A stretch of DNA of 64,000 nucleotides, from contig BDGG01000014.1 of assembly GCA_001949185.1 (NCBI GenBank), forward strand, positions 775,378 through 839,377, read 5' to 3'. Below the pieces are notes generated by a model. The model had not been told where the DNA came from. It worked only from the letters and a program-made list of their open reading frames with translations, and made no database searches. Both the position numbers and the translations under genes were made by a program. The first letter of the stretch is position 1. Each line of letters starts with the position of its first letter. Shown here in pieces: positions 38,916 through 56,562 of this stretch. This DNA is from Ramazzottius varieornatus (taxonomy: Eukaryota > Animalia > Tardigrada).

Positions 38916-40569
38916 CGCCCGGCTCACCATAATAATTTATCATTGACTACGGTCTGTCTTGCTGGATGACATGGCCAAACTGCGTGGAATCGCATTTGAG
39001 CAGTTTGACTGGCTGTACTATGGCAACCGCGCAACACTCCGTGTACAAACGCTAAGTTTTTGAGAGGCTCGGACCACACTTTTCCCAAAGTCGGTAGGGA
39101 CTATGCTGAAAAACAATGTCGTGGATATGTGCCAGTTTTTCAAACTCGGCCACCTGTGTTACTTACTGCCATCAATTTATCTCCGGGCTAACAGACCAGA
39201 CCGTTACACATCGCCGAATATTGGGTAAGTTTGGCTCGATCGTTTTTCCCAATTTCGTCAATATAGTTCAGGTAAGCCAGAATGTTCTAGGACAGAACTT
39301 GGTACACGAACTAGACATCTCCGTAGTCCGTACGGAGCTTTAATCATCGGGGCTGTCTCACTTCATGAGACTCCATGAGTTAAATAAAGCTGTGCGCTTT
39401 CTCTGATTTTGCTACTACTTGCTACTTTTCATGGATGAGTAGCTCTCGAAAAATTTCGCCCCAACTCAAGTGCTAAAACAGTTTCCCTGGATTGGAGTTC
39501 TACCACTGGCTGCTGATCCATGATTTTATGTTCTTACCTGATTCTATTGCACGAAAAACGATTCTCCTGAATGCTAGTTGGATGATTTGCTCAAGTGGAC
39601 TCGCTGTTTGAAAAAGGCTGGAGCTCGAGTTATCACTTAGTGGGTGATACTGTACTAACGGGTTTTTTCGAACATGAGAATGTTGTCCGGCTGACGGCGA
39701 TAGCTCGGGCCATCGAAAAGTAGGGGCGGGCATACCGTTCGCAGCCCGAATGTAGAAGACCCAAAACTTGTCGGACCCATTTGGCCGGCCAGGCAATAAG
39801 CAAAACTACTGAGCAGGAAGGCCGATTAGTCTGGGGGTGCAACCAGACTGGCCGACGAGCTTCACTATAAGGTCATAGCTATCCCGTATCAAGCAGGTCT
39901 TCCACCATGCCTTCCTCCAAAATATCCAGCAAAGTTTTTTTCTGCGTTCTTCCCCCGTGTGGATATTGGATAGGGCCAACGTGGATCCAGAACGTGCAGA
40001 GCATGCCGTCCCACCGCAAGGAAAATTTTAAATTCGGTTGGGAACATTTGAAGTTCGGATGCTTCGTCATACCAAGCTTCTTCCGACGATGCTTTCTCTA
40101 GTGCTGAGTCATCAAATCATGAGATAGTTTAGAAGTATCGAGAAAAGATCGTCAGAACAAGTTGGATGCAACAAAATACCCCTTGCGGATTTCACAGCTG
40201 ACTGCACTGGAACCGATAATCCGGGTTCTCATGGCACTGCTCTTTGCTATTTTCAAATTATGCTGAGAATCGCATCGCGGTCAATCGCTTGCCAATTATT
40301 ACCGATTATTACCGTAATCTGGGTCTCTGGGCTGGTCAACGTCATGGTCTATTCCGGACAGTTCGCCCTCAAACCTATCTGGAAAAGAATTATATCACAG
40401 ACGTGATCGTAGACGGTCGTCCAAGATGTAATATTGATTAGAATGACCTATGAACGAACCATACCGTAAGGAAAAGGAGGCAGCTGTTGGGGATCGGGCT
40501 TTGTCCGCTGGGTGAACCCTCGGACGAGGCGTCTGGCACTGACTTGGTCTGATGGTAACCATTATTTTT

Positions 40570-40653
40570 GTCGGGGTACCCTACCCACCACACGCAAGAA
40601 GGAAGGGTGCCCTCATGATGCTTCGATGCAAGGATGGCTTGCACTTGATATGT
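40570..40653 (-). pseudogene. Chromodomain-like fragment in a decayed region
   Basis: TYQVQAILASKHHEGTLPSCVWWVGYPD resembles the chromodomain pattern Y.VE.I....Y.VKW.GY. Confidence 0.4.
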
Positions 40654-42050
40654 TTGAGTTGCGGATAATTCCTGCTGATCGCGCTTCGGTGACCGCGGGG
40701 CTCTTCCCTGCTTCTCCATTCCTCGAACAATGCAGCGTATTTTACCTTTCCTGCATTGCACCGCTTTTCCGGTCGGACGTTTTGGGATCTTCTGCAGATG
40801 CTCGACCAACGCCCAGTTCGGGTGGTCGCGCATTGTGCAGAGCGGAAGACCACCATAGACATGTACAACGCGGCCCGATGTTTTCCTAATATCAGACATT
40901 GTCACTAAGCTCACGAAGTAACCCATTGCCACGACACGAGTGGATTTAGATTGTCCCAGAAGCATTATACGACAGACAAGGGTTTACCTAAGGCAGGAAG
41001 CGCTTCGATCCTCCTGTTCTCTGGCAACTGCAACTCAAGCTCGATCTGTACCAACCGTTGGCGTATGCAGCACGGCAGTTGAACGGTAGGACCGATAATG
41101 CCACCGTGTGATCTGCTAGGTAATTTGAGCGGTGCCAGATGAACAAATCAGTCTGTCCTCATATTTATGCGGCACGTCCAATCATATAGGCCGACTTTTC
41201 TAGCTTAGTTTTTGACTGGCTGTTCAAAACGTGACTTATCAGGACGCGGTAGAACTGGGCAGAAGCCAGAAAAATGTATCTTGCCTCGAGGCATTAGGTT
41301 TTTTGGGCCACGTGGTCCCTAGCAAGTCGGCGTTGTTGCGTACAATCGCGTACTCAGTGTTGTACGCGAATCCAGGCTCGCATTTGCTTGCCTGCACATT
41401 GAATGTACGCCATCGTACAACGCTGGTCAGCTGCAGCCTACGTGCGTGCAATCGAACTGCAAAAATTTGACGAAAGCTGTACAAAGTCTGCCTATATCCA
41501 ATCATTTCCCAGTCATACGAGTGGTAGTCCTGATAGATCTTCGGATTCACGAAGCTGAAGATGGACTCGAGGGCCGAGCAGGCTTCGTCGCTCAAGGTGT
41601 TGCCCGAGAAAAACTTGGCAGCTTCCAGAACCGAGTCTGTCGTCCACTACACAAATGAAGACTGGTAGTTGTGGTCCTAAAATATATTATGATGGTCGGG
41701 TTGTAGGCAAGTCTGAAGCCACTGTGTTATTTTTAGGATTAAAGAGTAACAAGCGCGAGGAACGTTTATTTGATGATGCAACGGCGACGTGGTCGAAGAC
41801 GAACGCGACATCGCGTTCATCGGACAACTAGTTTGAACCTCTAGCCATTTCACGGCCAGTCTTAATTGATCCCTTCGATCAACTTCACCATCACTAAGCC
41901 ACCTACTGTAGCCGAAGGATGCATAGATTATGTACAATAAACACCACGATCTAAATAAAATATTTCAAAAAACCTTTGCACATTAAGTAGGATTTAAATA
42001 AGACTGACACGGACGAACATCACAGCCCGTCCCAGTCTCTTCACGCCCCC

Positions 42051-46060
<4,010 letters not shown>

Positions 46061-46821
46061 CTTCAGTCCAGTATTCTACAGATGCCAAGTCTGAAGCTTG
46101 AAACTATCGGAACAGAAGAAACGCTGAAAGGTGCAGAACAAAGGACGACGATTTCCGAACGGGAAAACGATCGCTGGTCGATCAATTTCCGGTCAATCAA
46201 TCTAATTGAATTTCACGGTGAGCGGTACGGTGGCGCTTAACTGTGGAACACGACTTGCTGGATTGCCAGGAATAAAGTTCAACGAACAGGCCAGCCTAAC
46301 ATTACCGATGGTGAGTCAGCTAGATTCACTACACCGTAAGTATCAATAGAAGAAAGGGAGATCGATTCACGCATACAGCTTTTTTATTTTCGTTTTATCC
46401 ATTTTGCATCTTTTTTTGAAGCTTTCGAAAAAGACACGGCCGACAGTCGGAATAACCAGATAACATCCATCTGCAGCGAGCGAAGTGTAATGTAACAGAA
46501 AACAGAACAAATTCCAAGACTTCTGGACAGACAGAAGACAATGGAAATCTCAATAAATACTTTTCGTTTCGTATCCAGAGGCAAAGCCAGAAAGCAGTAA
46601 GCTTAACAACTACAAAGTCAAACCGGTTGAATCTCGAAAATCTAGAGGCATTATTGCAGTTTGCTGTGCCACGGACCAAACTATAGTACAAGAGGAGAGA
46701 AAGAAAGAAAAAGAAGAGGCATATCGTTCTCATTATCACATTGACTAACAGTTAATTTCTTGTGCCAATCAAAAAGAGTGTTTGTCTTTATGAAATCTCA
46801 AGATGGACGTATGTGTGCAAC

Positions 46822-48729
46822 TTATCTTAACTTCTTGCTGGCTTCCGTGCTACAATGCGAGCACAAGTGGAGACTAATCTCCGCGCCATTTATATGGAGA
46901 CAAATTCCTCCGATATCCTTCTTCTCTTCCTCACCATCGCCATCCACCTTCTCGCTGTCCCCTCCACTAATCTGCCTCAACATACTACGAGCATCCAGCT
47001 TTAGCGCTGAGCCTGCCTTGTTGAAAAAGGGAGCTTTCTGGAGATATTCTAGCAACTGGACAGTGGAGTGTTGCGAACGAACTAAAGAACGTAAATACAG
47101 TGCGTCTTCTCTGAGTTTAGCTAAATTCTGCCGGGCTTCCGCCATCTCTTTGTCCAGTCCCTCGGCTTCCACCTTGAGATCGTTGCATTCTTGGATCAGC
47201 TGTTCTTCTTTGTACTTCTTCTTCTGGCGCAATTCGCGAGCCGCCACGGCCGGCGCCGACATGGACACGTCTCTGCGTTGACGCTTGGCCGTCTCCGGGA
47301 AGGCCACCGTGGGGATCCGGGGCAGCGAGGGCAGTCGGGCTGTGGAACTGGTGGGCGACATGGCCGGGTCGGACCCAGAGCCAGCGTCGGTGCCGTCCGT
47401 GAAGGTTTCCGAAGCGTAGGAACTGACAGAGTCTCCGTCGTCCTCGTCCGACAGTCTTTTATGGTGACGCTCGATGAGGGGCGTCGAGCCACTGCCTTTC
47501 TGGCCCTTCTTACTGCGGGACCTGGAGGAAGACCGGTACTCGCCATCATTTCCTGCAAGAAGAAAAAATCCACATTGGAATTCTGTCAGTTTCTTCCTCC
47601 AAACTTTCACCAATTTCACCACAGCAAATTAAACCAAGAAATTTCTCCTCAGCATTTGCACGTGCAGGGAATTTCGTAATATACAGTTTTCCTCCTTGTC
47701 CAACCGAAGAAACCTTCCTTCTGAGTTTTCTGGGCGGCGGACGTGAAAACCAAAAATCCAGGAATTTTCATGTCAGGGCCGTGCCTATAGTATTCTGCCA
47801 CGTGATGTTTGTCAAGCCCGTGGCACGGAGAACATGGTTCAAAGGAAATTCCCACCCGACCCTTGAGTCTCCTCTGACGTCACAAGGTCTTACTTAACAA
47901 GCCCAACCCCACGGCCTGCCATGCCCGGACTTCCCAAGCGTTTGGCAGGCCACACTGAGAACATTTTCGAGAAGAAGATTCTCCTACTTGGCAAGCAAAA
48001 GGTGGAATTTCCACAGGTAATCAAGCCAATCAACCGCATGGATGATGGAGTAATTTTGAGAAAATGGAAAACAATTCCTGACTGCTGTGATTTCTACCCG
48101 AGGCTTCTGTTCACATTATCTCGACAGTTCAGATAACCCTGAGAAAGGAAGAAGGAAAGAACTGGTTGAAACGGAAGCGGTAAAGAAAGAGAAAGAAATT
48201 GAGATGTACCTTTGAGAGGAGGTTTATCGTAGCGAAGGTACTGGACGTCTCCAGTGTTGTCCGGGCTGAAGGGTTCCTGCTTGACCGTTACTCCTTGATT
48301 GTATTCAACATCAGGGATGGGGGACATGATGGCACCAGCCATGAGGTAGGCTGGCAGGTTCGGGGAAGATCCTTCGTAGGGTTGGTTGCCATATTCGACG
48401 ACGAAGGGATCGCTCCATTGTTGCTCTTCTTCCAGCACAGCATCGCCTATATATGGGGACATATCGAGTTGAGAAAGGAAGAGGGGAAAGTCCGCTTGTT
48501 TCCACAAGGGAGCAAGGAAGGCTTTATCGTTGTCACCGTTCATACCGTGCGTTTTCAGGGCCATTTCCGGTGCGTCGCCATAAAAGTCAGTTTCCGACTT
48601 GAAGGCTGCCCGTCTTTCCTTGATTAACTGATCATCCACCAAGGCAGGACTCTCGCTAAAGAGCTGTGCCAACAAATCCATGTCCATTTCCGCTGGTGAA
48701 TTCATACTGTAGAAATCTTCCAGCAACAT
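46822..48729 (-). CDS. ATF4/ATF5-like bZIP transcription factor with an atypical basic region
   Basis: Exons 48729-~48210 and ~47552-46822; acidic N-terminus; AARELRQKKK..EQLIQECNDL..L..M..L..LREDALYLRSLV resembles the ATF4 zipper. Confidence 0.7.
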
Positions 48730-48799
48730 TTCACTCACCTCTCCAGACTATCAACTCTTCTTCGGGAATCTTCTCGAACGAAATATTTCACAGAGAGAA

Positions 48800-48907
48800 C
48801 TAAACGAGATCCTGTAAGAAAGCCAAGTTAAGCAGATGGTGGCGAATTTCAAGCTCTGCAAGTACCTTGCCAACTAGAAACTCTAGTCTGTCTCGTACCA
48901 GCGACAT
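48800..48907 (-). promoter_or_regulatory. Upstream ORF (MSLVRDRLEFLVGK|DLV*) in the 5' leader of the bZIP gene
   Basis: ATG at 48907, ~50 nt downstream of a TATAAA (48958-48963); GT-AG intron 48865-48812; stop ~70 nt before the main ATG. Confidence 0.6.
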
Positions 48908-49564
48908 CACTGGAGAAAAAGATCGGAAAGAAAGTTGTGAAATTGTCCGTTGCGAGCTTTATACGGTGGCAAGTCCGAGGAATACTCTCGAGATGAAGAT
49001 AAACACCGTCCTTCGCGGAAAGCGTGTCCGCCGATGATGTCAGACTGGCAGTCCAGTAACGCAGCACCAATCAGCGTGGCCTTCCAATCGACCCAGGCGG
49101 AGCTAGCAATGGTACCGAACAAGGCCGTGCTTTCTGAATGCACAGGGTGAGGAGCGAATGCTCACATTGGTTAGCTCGGCCATGTTGCTCGACCGTTTGG
49201 TTGGCCACGCCCGCCACTCATGCCTCTCTTGTCTCAAGTTTGATCGATGTTGCATGGAGCAGCCAGAAGACTTCCAAAAGCTGGATCAGCTGATCGCTCT
49301 CGTGACCACTTATGGTGGGCTGTTGATGCAAATCGTGTATAAATTCTCGACTGTGGCTGGCTGTACTTTTAGACGGCATGGCTCACCAAGGAGCATGGAC
49401 AGAGACGTTCCGGTTGATTAGATGGCTTGATTAACCGTCTATGCATGCCGTTCACCGTTCACGTGGAACAGCTCTCCTGGTCATCTTCTTCTTTCTTGGC
49501 GCAGGAATGTGCCTCCATCGGACGAGTGATTGAACGACGTGAGCAGGACAGAAAGGTGGACAAG

Positions 49565-51091
49565 ATGACGGACGTCTCCCAGCACTTTGAAGACCTGGTG
49601 CGCCACCATAACAACGAAGACTTTGACAAGGCCTTGAAGAGTGTCAACACTATCCTGAAAGAGATCCCCACCGACCAGAAAGCGCTCCATTGCAAGACGG
49701 TATGCCTGGTCCAGCTCTCCAAATTTACCGAAGCCCTGGAAGTAGCAAAGAAAGTAACCGACCAGAACTCGGTGCTTCTTCTCGTCACTTACTCGCTGTA
49801 TCGACTGAATCGCTACCCCGAAATTATCGAGCGATTGTCCCAGTACAACGCGAACGATCTGCCTCTGGACCTGAAGGAACTCAAAGCCCAGACATTATAC
49901 AAGTTAGAAAAGTATGCAGACAGTGTAGACTTGTATAAAGATCTGCTGAAGAAACAGAGAGACGATTTGGACACGGAGAGGCAAAGTAACTTTTTGGCTG
50001 CGCTGACGCAACTGCACGCTACCACCGGAAAAGGCTATGCTTCTGTGGGCAACTTTGCACCTTCCGCCGCGGAAACCTACGAGCTGATGTTTAACGCAGC
50101 GGCGTGGGAAGTAACGAAGGGGAACTTTGACGAAGCGGGAAAGAAGCTCCGAACAGCGCAGGCTCTGTTCCAAGAGGTAAATTTCGTTTGCACTGTGATT
50201 GGCGTCAGATTGGATTGGTGCTGTAAAGTGCAATCCACGTCACATCGCGCAGGTCCTGTAACGTCATGCGCGGATTTGGCGGGGTGTTCTGTTTCGAGAT
50301 TTGCTTCTGTGGCGCATGTTACTTTCGATTGGTTCAGTCCTCTTATTGATTGGTTTACTTGCAGTACGCGGCGGATGAGGAGTTGTCTCCGCAGAAGGTC
50401 AAGAATGAGCTGGTGACGATCAAGTCTTTGCTGATGACCATTCTTCTAGAAAAGCAAAACCGGGAAACCCATACAGAGAGGCTGACCGGCTTCAACGTTG
50501 AATCCATCGAGAACAACTTCCTCAACCAGTTCACCAAGCTCAAGAAAAAGCCCAGGAAGGAGCTGGTCGAAGCAGACGCTGCTTCACCTCGCGCCAAACC
50601 TACGGGATCGAAGTCGGCGGAAGCTGTGGCGGCCAAAAAGAAACGCAAGAAGCGAAAACCGAGGTGAGTTTCGCGATCGGTTTCTCCACGTGACGCACCT
50701 TTACGGTATTGTTGACTAGAGATGTGCGCCACTTTGGAAACGAGCTTGTTTGCCAAGCTCCCGTTTGAAGTATCAATACAAGGTTCTACTGATTTTCAGG
50801 TTACCCAAAAATTACGATCCAAACGTGAAGCCCGACCCCGAACGGTGGTTACCCAAGTACGAGCGCTCGAATTACAAGAAAAAGAAGGACAAGCGTGGAG
50901 GCGGCGGTAACGTCTTCAAAGGGGCTCAGGGTTCCACGTCAGGACCAGACACGCAAGTGACGGCAGGCTTTTCAAGCGGCGCGGGATCATCTACTCCCAA
51001 GGCACAACATGTCCCGGAAGCGGCGCCGGGACCTAGACAGCAGAAACCCCAAGCTGCTGCCAAGAAGCAAGCAAAGAAGAAGCGAAAGTAG
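49565..51091 (+). CDS. SRP72: Signal recognition particle subunit SRP72 (400 aa, internally shortened)
   Basis: Exons 49565-50176, 50365-50663 and 50800-51091; N-terminal TPRs (ALHCKTVCLVQLSKF.EAL, YSLYRLN, LKAQTLYKLE.Y) and RNA-binding motif KKRKPRLPKNYDPNVKPDPERWLP..ERS. Confidence 0.93.
50668..50763. repeat. Intronic palindromic repeat family A, copy 9 (SRP72 intron 2)
   Basis: cacgtgacgcac-loop-gtgcgccactttggaaacgagcttgtttgccaagctcccg. Confidence 0.88.
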
Positions 51092-52453
51092 AGCCTTTTT
51101 ATCGAATACCTTCTCCCGCTGTCAAATGATTTTTCCTCAGTCCCGACAAACTCTACTTTGACGATTCATGTTTCGTTCTGATGGTCACGTCACTTCAACC
51201 GGAAAACAGCTTTCGAGGTCCACTCGCATTCCTGTGCTGCGTCTCAACTTGCACTTTTGTTCAACCAGCGTAGCATTTTGGAATGTTGGGCGTACGGGTC
51301 CTGTGCTACAGTAACACTGGTCGCTGGGCCGGAAATGCGACATTTTTAGTGTAGCAATCAGCCTTCTACCATGGGCGAGAACACATGAGCAGTTTTAGGG
51401 GCGAGATCTGGTGATGAGACCTCCGCTAGAAGCAAAGCATAAGTAGACTCGTGGCACCTGGCACAGGTGCCTTGGGAAATGGGAGGGGTATGTTATTTAT
51501 GGGCAGCGAATTACAGTACAATCGAATTTCTGTACGATTTTACAATTTAACATCTAACAAATTTACGATTTTACAAATTAACATTTGTTGGATTCTCAAA
51601 CTTAGCTACACAGGCACTATCTTCCATTTCCTGAGGTTAATTTTAGCGTGCAGTGCATATGTGATCTTGAGTTCTGGTCATTGGGTTTTACAAGTGCGGT
51701 ATCGACAGTGCGTAACTAAGTTTCTTACCTTACGTAGTCATTTCAACAGCACGAGCATGGATGGGTTCGATCACTGGGGAAAATCCGCCCCACGAAATTC
51801 GTCTTCCTGTGCCTAAGTGATGTATCTTTGTTAGATATCTGCAAACAAAAAACAGTCATCAACGCTTGGATGCAAGCTCCCGTATCCAAGAATTTCCGGC
51901 TTACTTCCGCCTTCGTCTACTCGGTTTTGAGGATGGTAGCTCAGCTCTACAGTACGGTCTATCTCGAGTGTAGGCTACCTCATATCGATTTACCGTCCAA
52001 GGCGCAAAACATATCGAGCGACTTGTTTTAGACTTTCAAACGTCGATTCAGTACCGGCCAGATAAATGTACTTGCTTTACAATGTCAACAATATATGGAC
52101 TATTTTTAGCGTGTCTGATTCCAACTAGATCCGCCTGGTAATTGAGCATAATCTCCACTATACCACCGCAGCAGTCAGCACTAATTGATAGAAGTTGAAG
52201 GACCCCCTTTAGTGCGCAGAATGGGGCAGCACCAACCAGGAACTCGCTAACGAGCAAAGGCTCCCCCTCAAGGACTCATTGCCTTACTCTAGCCACACTG
52301 TGAAGCACTGGTGCATCAATTTATCGACCTGGGTTATTCACTGTGCAAGAACGAAATGCAAGAACACTGCTGACGGTTGATATGGAATATTTACGAACCG
52401 ACGTTGACGGCTGATAATAAGAACTGTCGATATGGGCGATATGCAAGTTGCTG

Positions 52454-54269
52454 ATGAAATGTCTTAGACGTTGCCTTAGCTGTCGTCTTTGCGGCCACGA
52501 ATTATGGACGGATAAGGAGAGTGGTGACAACAACATGATCGCTAACTTTATCCGGCTGATCGTTCTGCTGGTCTTAATTCTTCAAGACTCTTTGCTCAAC
52601 TTCTACTTTGCGACTTACAATGGCGTCCGTTGGTTATGGTGGATCGCGGCGGATGTGGCGGTTGTCGTATGCCTTATTGCCTCCTTCATCTATGCCGATC
52701 GGTAAGAAATGTCTTTGCTCGTATTCCCTTCAAGGTTCTGCGCAGTCGCCTAACGCACGCGTAGAGATTACCCGGTGGTGGTCAACGGTTCAGTCCTCTC
52801 AATCAATAATTACCCACCAAGTTTTGCGATGGGCGGCAGTCAGCATATCAGGCCCGGGGTGTACTTCACTGGCGTGAGGACGTACTGCGTTAGAACTTTG
52901 GAAGGAATACCGTGGAAGGAGGTTTCGTTAATGCTTCAAAGGCGCTTTCGAGATGCAACTAATCTTTTCGCCCTTTACACGATTTCAAGAATTCTTTTGC
53001 AGGACGGTACTGTCGTATACTGTGATTTTTCTACAGCATTTTTGTGAAGGTGACTGACGAAAGATTTTCCCTACGTACAGCGGACATGTTGAATGCGGGG
53101 AAGTTATGGTATCAATTTCTTCCAGGTATTTTGTCCGGCATGAGAAGTCCAACGAAGAGCTGCAAAGCATTCGAGAAGCCAAGAAAAATGGCGAGTGCAA
53201 GCCGACCAACCGCAACGTGCACAAGAAGGCGGAGGGCGACAAGCTGATATCAGAGTCCGACATCGCGCCGGATTTCCGCGCGAAGGAGGCGGAGACCGAG
53301 TCTACCGGCGAGGTCTGGGACAACTCCAACATTGCCGCCTTGCCCATCGAGTACCTGATATGGCTGCCCTACGCCCTGGTCCACGTTTCCAAGATCACGG
53401 CCATATACACCACCTTCGGACCTACCCTTGACAAAAACGAGACGTGGGGCACCACCATGCTGGATGTGGCCTTGACACTGACGGCCGTCTTCTTTGCATT
53501 CCTCGTCACCACAACTCACCACAAGGTACTGTACATAGTCGCAACATAGTCATGTCGAACCGTGCCGAGATATCGAAGCGGTGCCTCGGCGAAACAAACT
53601 CGACATGACTGTTTTCCCAAGTGGCGTATGATTTCATTGTTATTGGCTGACAACGTGCGCCACTTGGGAAGACGATCTGCAGTGGGCGTCTTCGTTGGCC
53701 GTGATTCTGAAAATGAATGTCGTTCGTAAAGAGTCCGCTTTAAAGGTGAATAACGTGGCCGAAATGGTGGTTTCTTTGGAAAGGTACCGACGTCATCGGA
53801 GCAGAAAGGCGTCATACGCTGGATGCAGAACCACGCCATCTTAGACATCCTTGACACGGTGGAGATCCTGGGCTACCTCTTTGAGAATCAGGAACAACTG
53901 TCGATCGATAAAGGCTCCAAAGCCGCCGTTCTAACCTTCGTGTCCATTAACTTGCTACTTCCGCTACTCTCTCTGTACCAATTGAGCGAGCGGAACTGCG
54001 AGAAGAAGAAACCAAACAACAACCTATGCACCATCCAGCAGCTGCTGAGTTCGCTGTTCGGCAACCTGCCCTTCCTGGTCATCCGCATCTACCTTTGGCA
54101 TTCGCGAAGTCACGCCGAAGGAAGCTTCATCTTTGTCTTGAAAAACTCTTTCGGTATTGCTAATAACTCGTATGATTTTTACAAGCTGGTGCAGAATAGC
54201 CGAAGACCGCCCGAAATGCAGGAAGACGATGCGGCGCACCGCAATCCGGCGGTAACTTGTGAGTGCTGA
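52454..54269 (+). CDS. TMEM121/CECR6-family multipass membrane protein
   Basis: Three exons; WWIAAD, LP..Y..WL.Y, G..ML...L.LT, LDILD.VE.L, NLLLP..SL, NLPFLVIR..LWH..FV.KN. Confidence 0.78.
53581..53702. repeat. Intronic palindromic repeat family A, copy 10 (TMEM121 intron 53526-53783)
   Basis: ctcggcgaaacaaactcgac..ttcccaagtggcgta-loop-tgcgccacttgggaa. Confidence 0.88.
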
Positions 54270-56562
54270 TGAAATTGATCTTTACTTTGATGTGATATGC
54301 CTGTGTAATACAGGTGGCGCTTTCGCACCTGCTCGTCTTTTCAGCTCCTCATATCCTATTTTCCTGTTTGATTTTCCATTTTTCCATTGAGTGGAGCACC
54401 TGAACCAGTTAATCTATTTGTTGTCTTGATCGCGCACCAATAGCAATATCTCATGTTAGAGCACATAACAGTAACATAACCTACACTTTCTACCTAAATT
54501 AACTGCCATATCTTGAAACGATATCCTTATCAAGTACACAAAACAGAAGATCCAATTACAAGATGGCCTTGACGGAGATATCCAGCAGAGCGGGATATCT
54601 ACCGGGTCTCTAGGTAGAAACCCGGAGGATATATCTGTACCTGGAGCGTATTTCCGTGGCAGCCACCTCGTACGAATAGATGGCGCAGTTGCAGCAGCGG
54701 CCAGTCGTCTTGCTTCTCTCCGTAACACCGTCTAACCCCCATCCCCGTCCGACTACCTGCTACGTGGTATTGAAATTCGTAAAGGCTGAGCGCGGAAGAC
54801 ATTTCTGGGTTGCATGACGGTAACGTAACATTGGAGTTCACGGGCTCAACGTGTCTTCAGAAGGATACAATTCAACCTCGCGTGCCGGGGAAGTTTAATT
54901 TTTCAGTAAAGAAGTGCCAGCCTTCACAATTGAAGGAGAAGCTGGACCGCTAGCTCCTGTTCCCCGCTGACTTTCCCATTACAGCACTGCCTATTACATT
55001 TCAAATTTGCAGTCCCCCAGGTCGCATTACGCTCTTTAATCACTTGTTATAGCAACTTTACGATACATTACAGGCACACGAGTGACACGACCACACGATT
55101 GCCGCGTTTTCACCACGCAGCGGTCTCCTGCCTCGACTTTGGCGGTATAAGGGTACACGGACTTTTAAAACTTAACGTCTGAAATTGCATGCACCAGCCA
55201 GCTGTGTTGGGTAATCTTACCCAGTAATCAAAAGGTGATATACTGTATTCGATCCATTCCCTGGTTGACAAGATAGATCACGCGTTCGTCATATCAAAGT
55301 AATGAAGAATGAAGATTGCACCATTTGAGTCAAACCGGAAAGAGCCAACAATCTCCTGTGCTGATCCAACTAGAGGGCTATATTGCACTGATGAGGTCCA
55401 ACTCGAGCTGGCGACTCATTTCAATTGAAATTAACACTTGAAATATCCAGGTGCAAGAGTGACTTGATTGATGTTTCACAGCATTGTATAGGGGAGGACC
55501 CTATCCATTCAATGCACAGAAGTTTCGAGTTAGCCGCGAAAGAAAACAAATTGACTGTAGAAGAAATGTTCTCTGATACTTTGTGTACACTCCACATTTC
55601 AGTTGGACGCTTAGGAAACTTCGTTTCAAAGCTAAAAAACTCGAAAACTGGTGCTTTTCGGGAAGTGGATTCTAATTGAACTCGAGAGGCGATCGAAACA
55701 CTCCGTGGTTTTTTTGTGGTTGGAGCGGTTCTCTGCTCGAGTGTTTACGTTAGTTGAGACGCACCGACTTCATCGCTTTGCTTTTGACTTAATCAAAGCT
55801 ATTGATCTTCCCTGAGATCGGTTCTTTTTGTCTCGAAGATTAACTGGCCTCCAAATTTGATTAAGCCACATGCGGCGCTAATGACGTCCAAACTTTGGAG
55901 TATTTCCGGGCTTTTCCCCTTCTGATTTGCTGACAACATGTACTGTACTTAAACGAGCCGGTATGTCCCGGATACAAGCTACCAAAAGAGAAGGAAAAGT
56001 CCGTATAGTCCAACACCATTTACCGACGAAGCATGTGACGTTATACCATACGCCACCACTCCTGTTGTCAACAGGAAACCCCAGTAAATGTTACCTCCCT
56101 TGCGCAAGGCTGTGGGGATAGCATGCGGCAGCAATGGGGCTCCATGTCTGATTAACTGCACTTGGTAATCCCCTCAAGGCGGTACTGCTGTACCCCCAAT
56201 TTCTCAATCGTATAGGTGTACACTGTAGCTAGTTTCTTCTGATCCAGTCTTCATCCTGCTGGATTATTACACGGTTCTCCGCCCAAGTTTTTCCAAGGAA
56301 CGAAACCCTTTGATTGACGGACGATTATTGCGATCGGCTATCTTAACCGATCAAGCCTTTTTTCTGTCTGCAAGTTTTCTTCTGTGTAATGTCCTGAAAG
56401 CCGAAGCTTTGTTTTGACCTTGTGGCTTCAAAGGATTAACGTTCACAGAGTCCTGCAAACAGTCTTGCGGCGCTCCATTTCTGTCTCCCAAGACGTCCGA
56501 ATGATCCACCGAATAGAGTGATTCAACTTGGTCTTCGCTTCTTAACCGGTTTTTTCTTTGTT

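Noticed and set aside
54300-56500. Short ORFs upstream of the GPCR
   Set aside because: No homology cues; treated as intergenic or 5' regulatory sequence.
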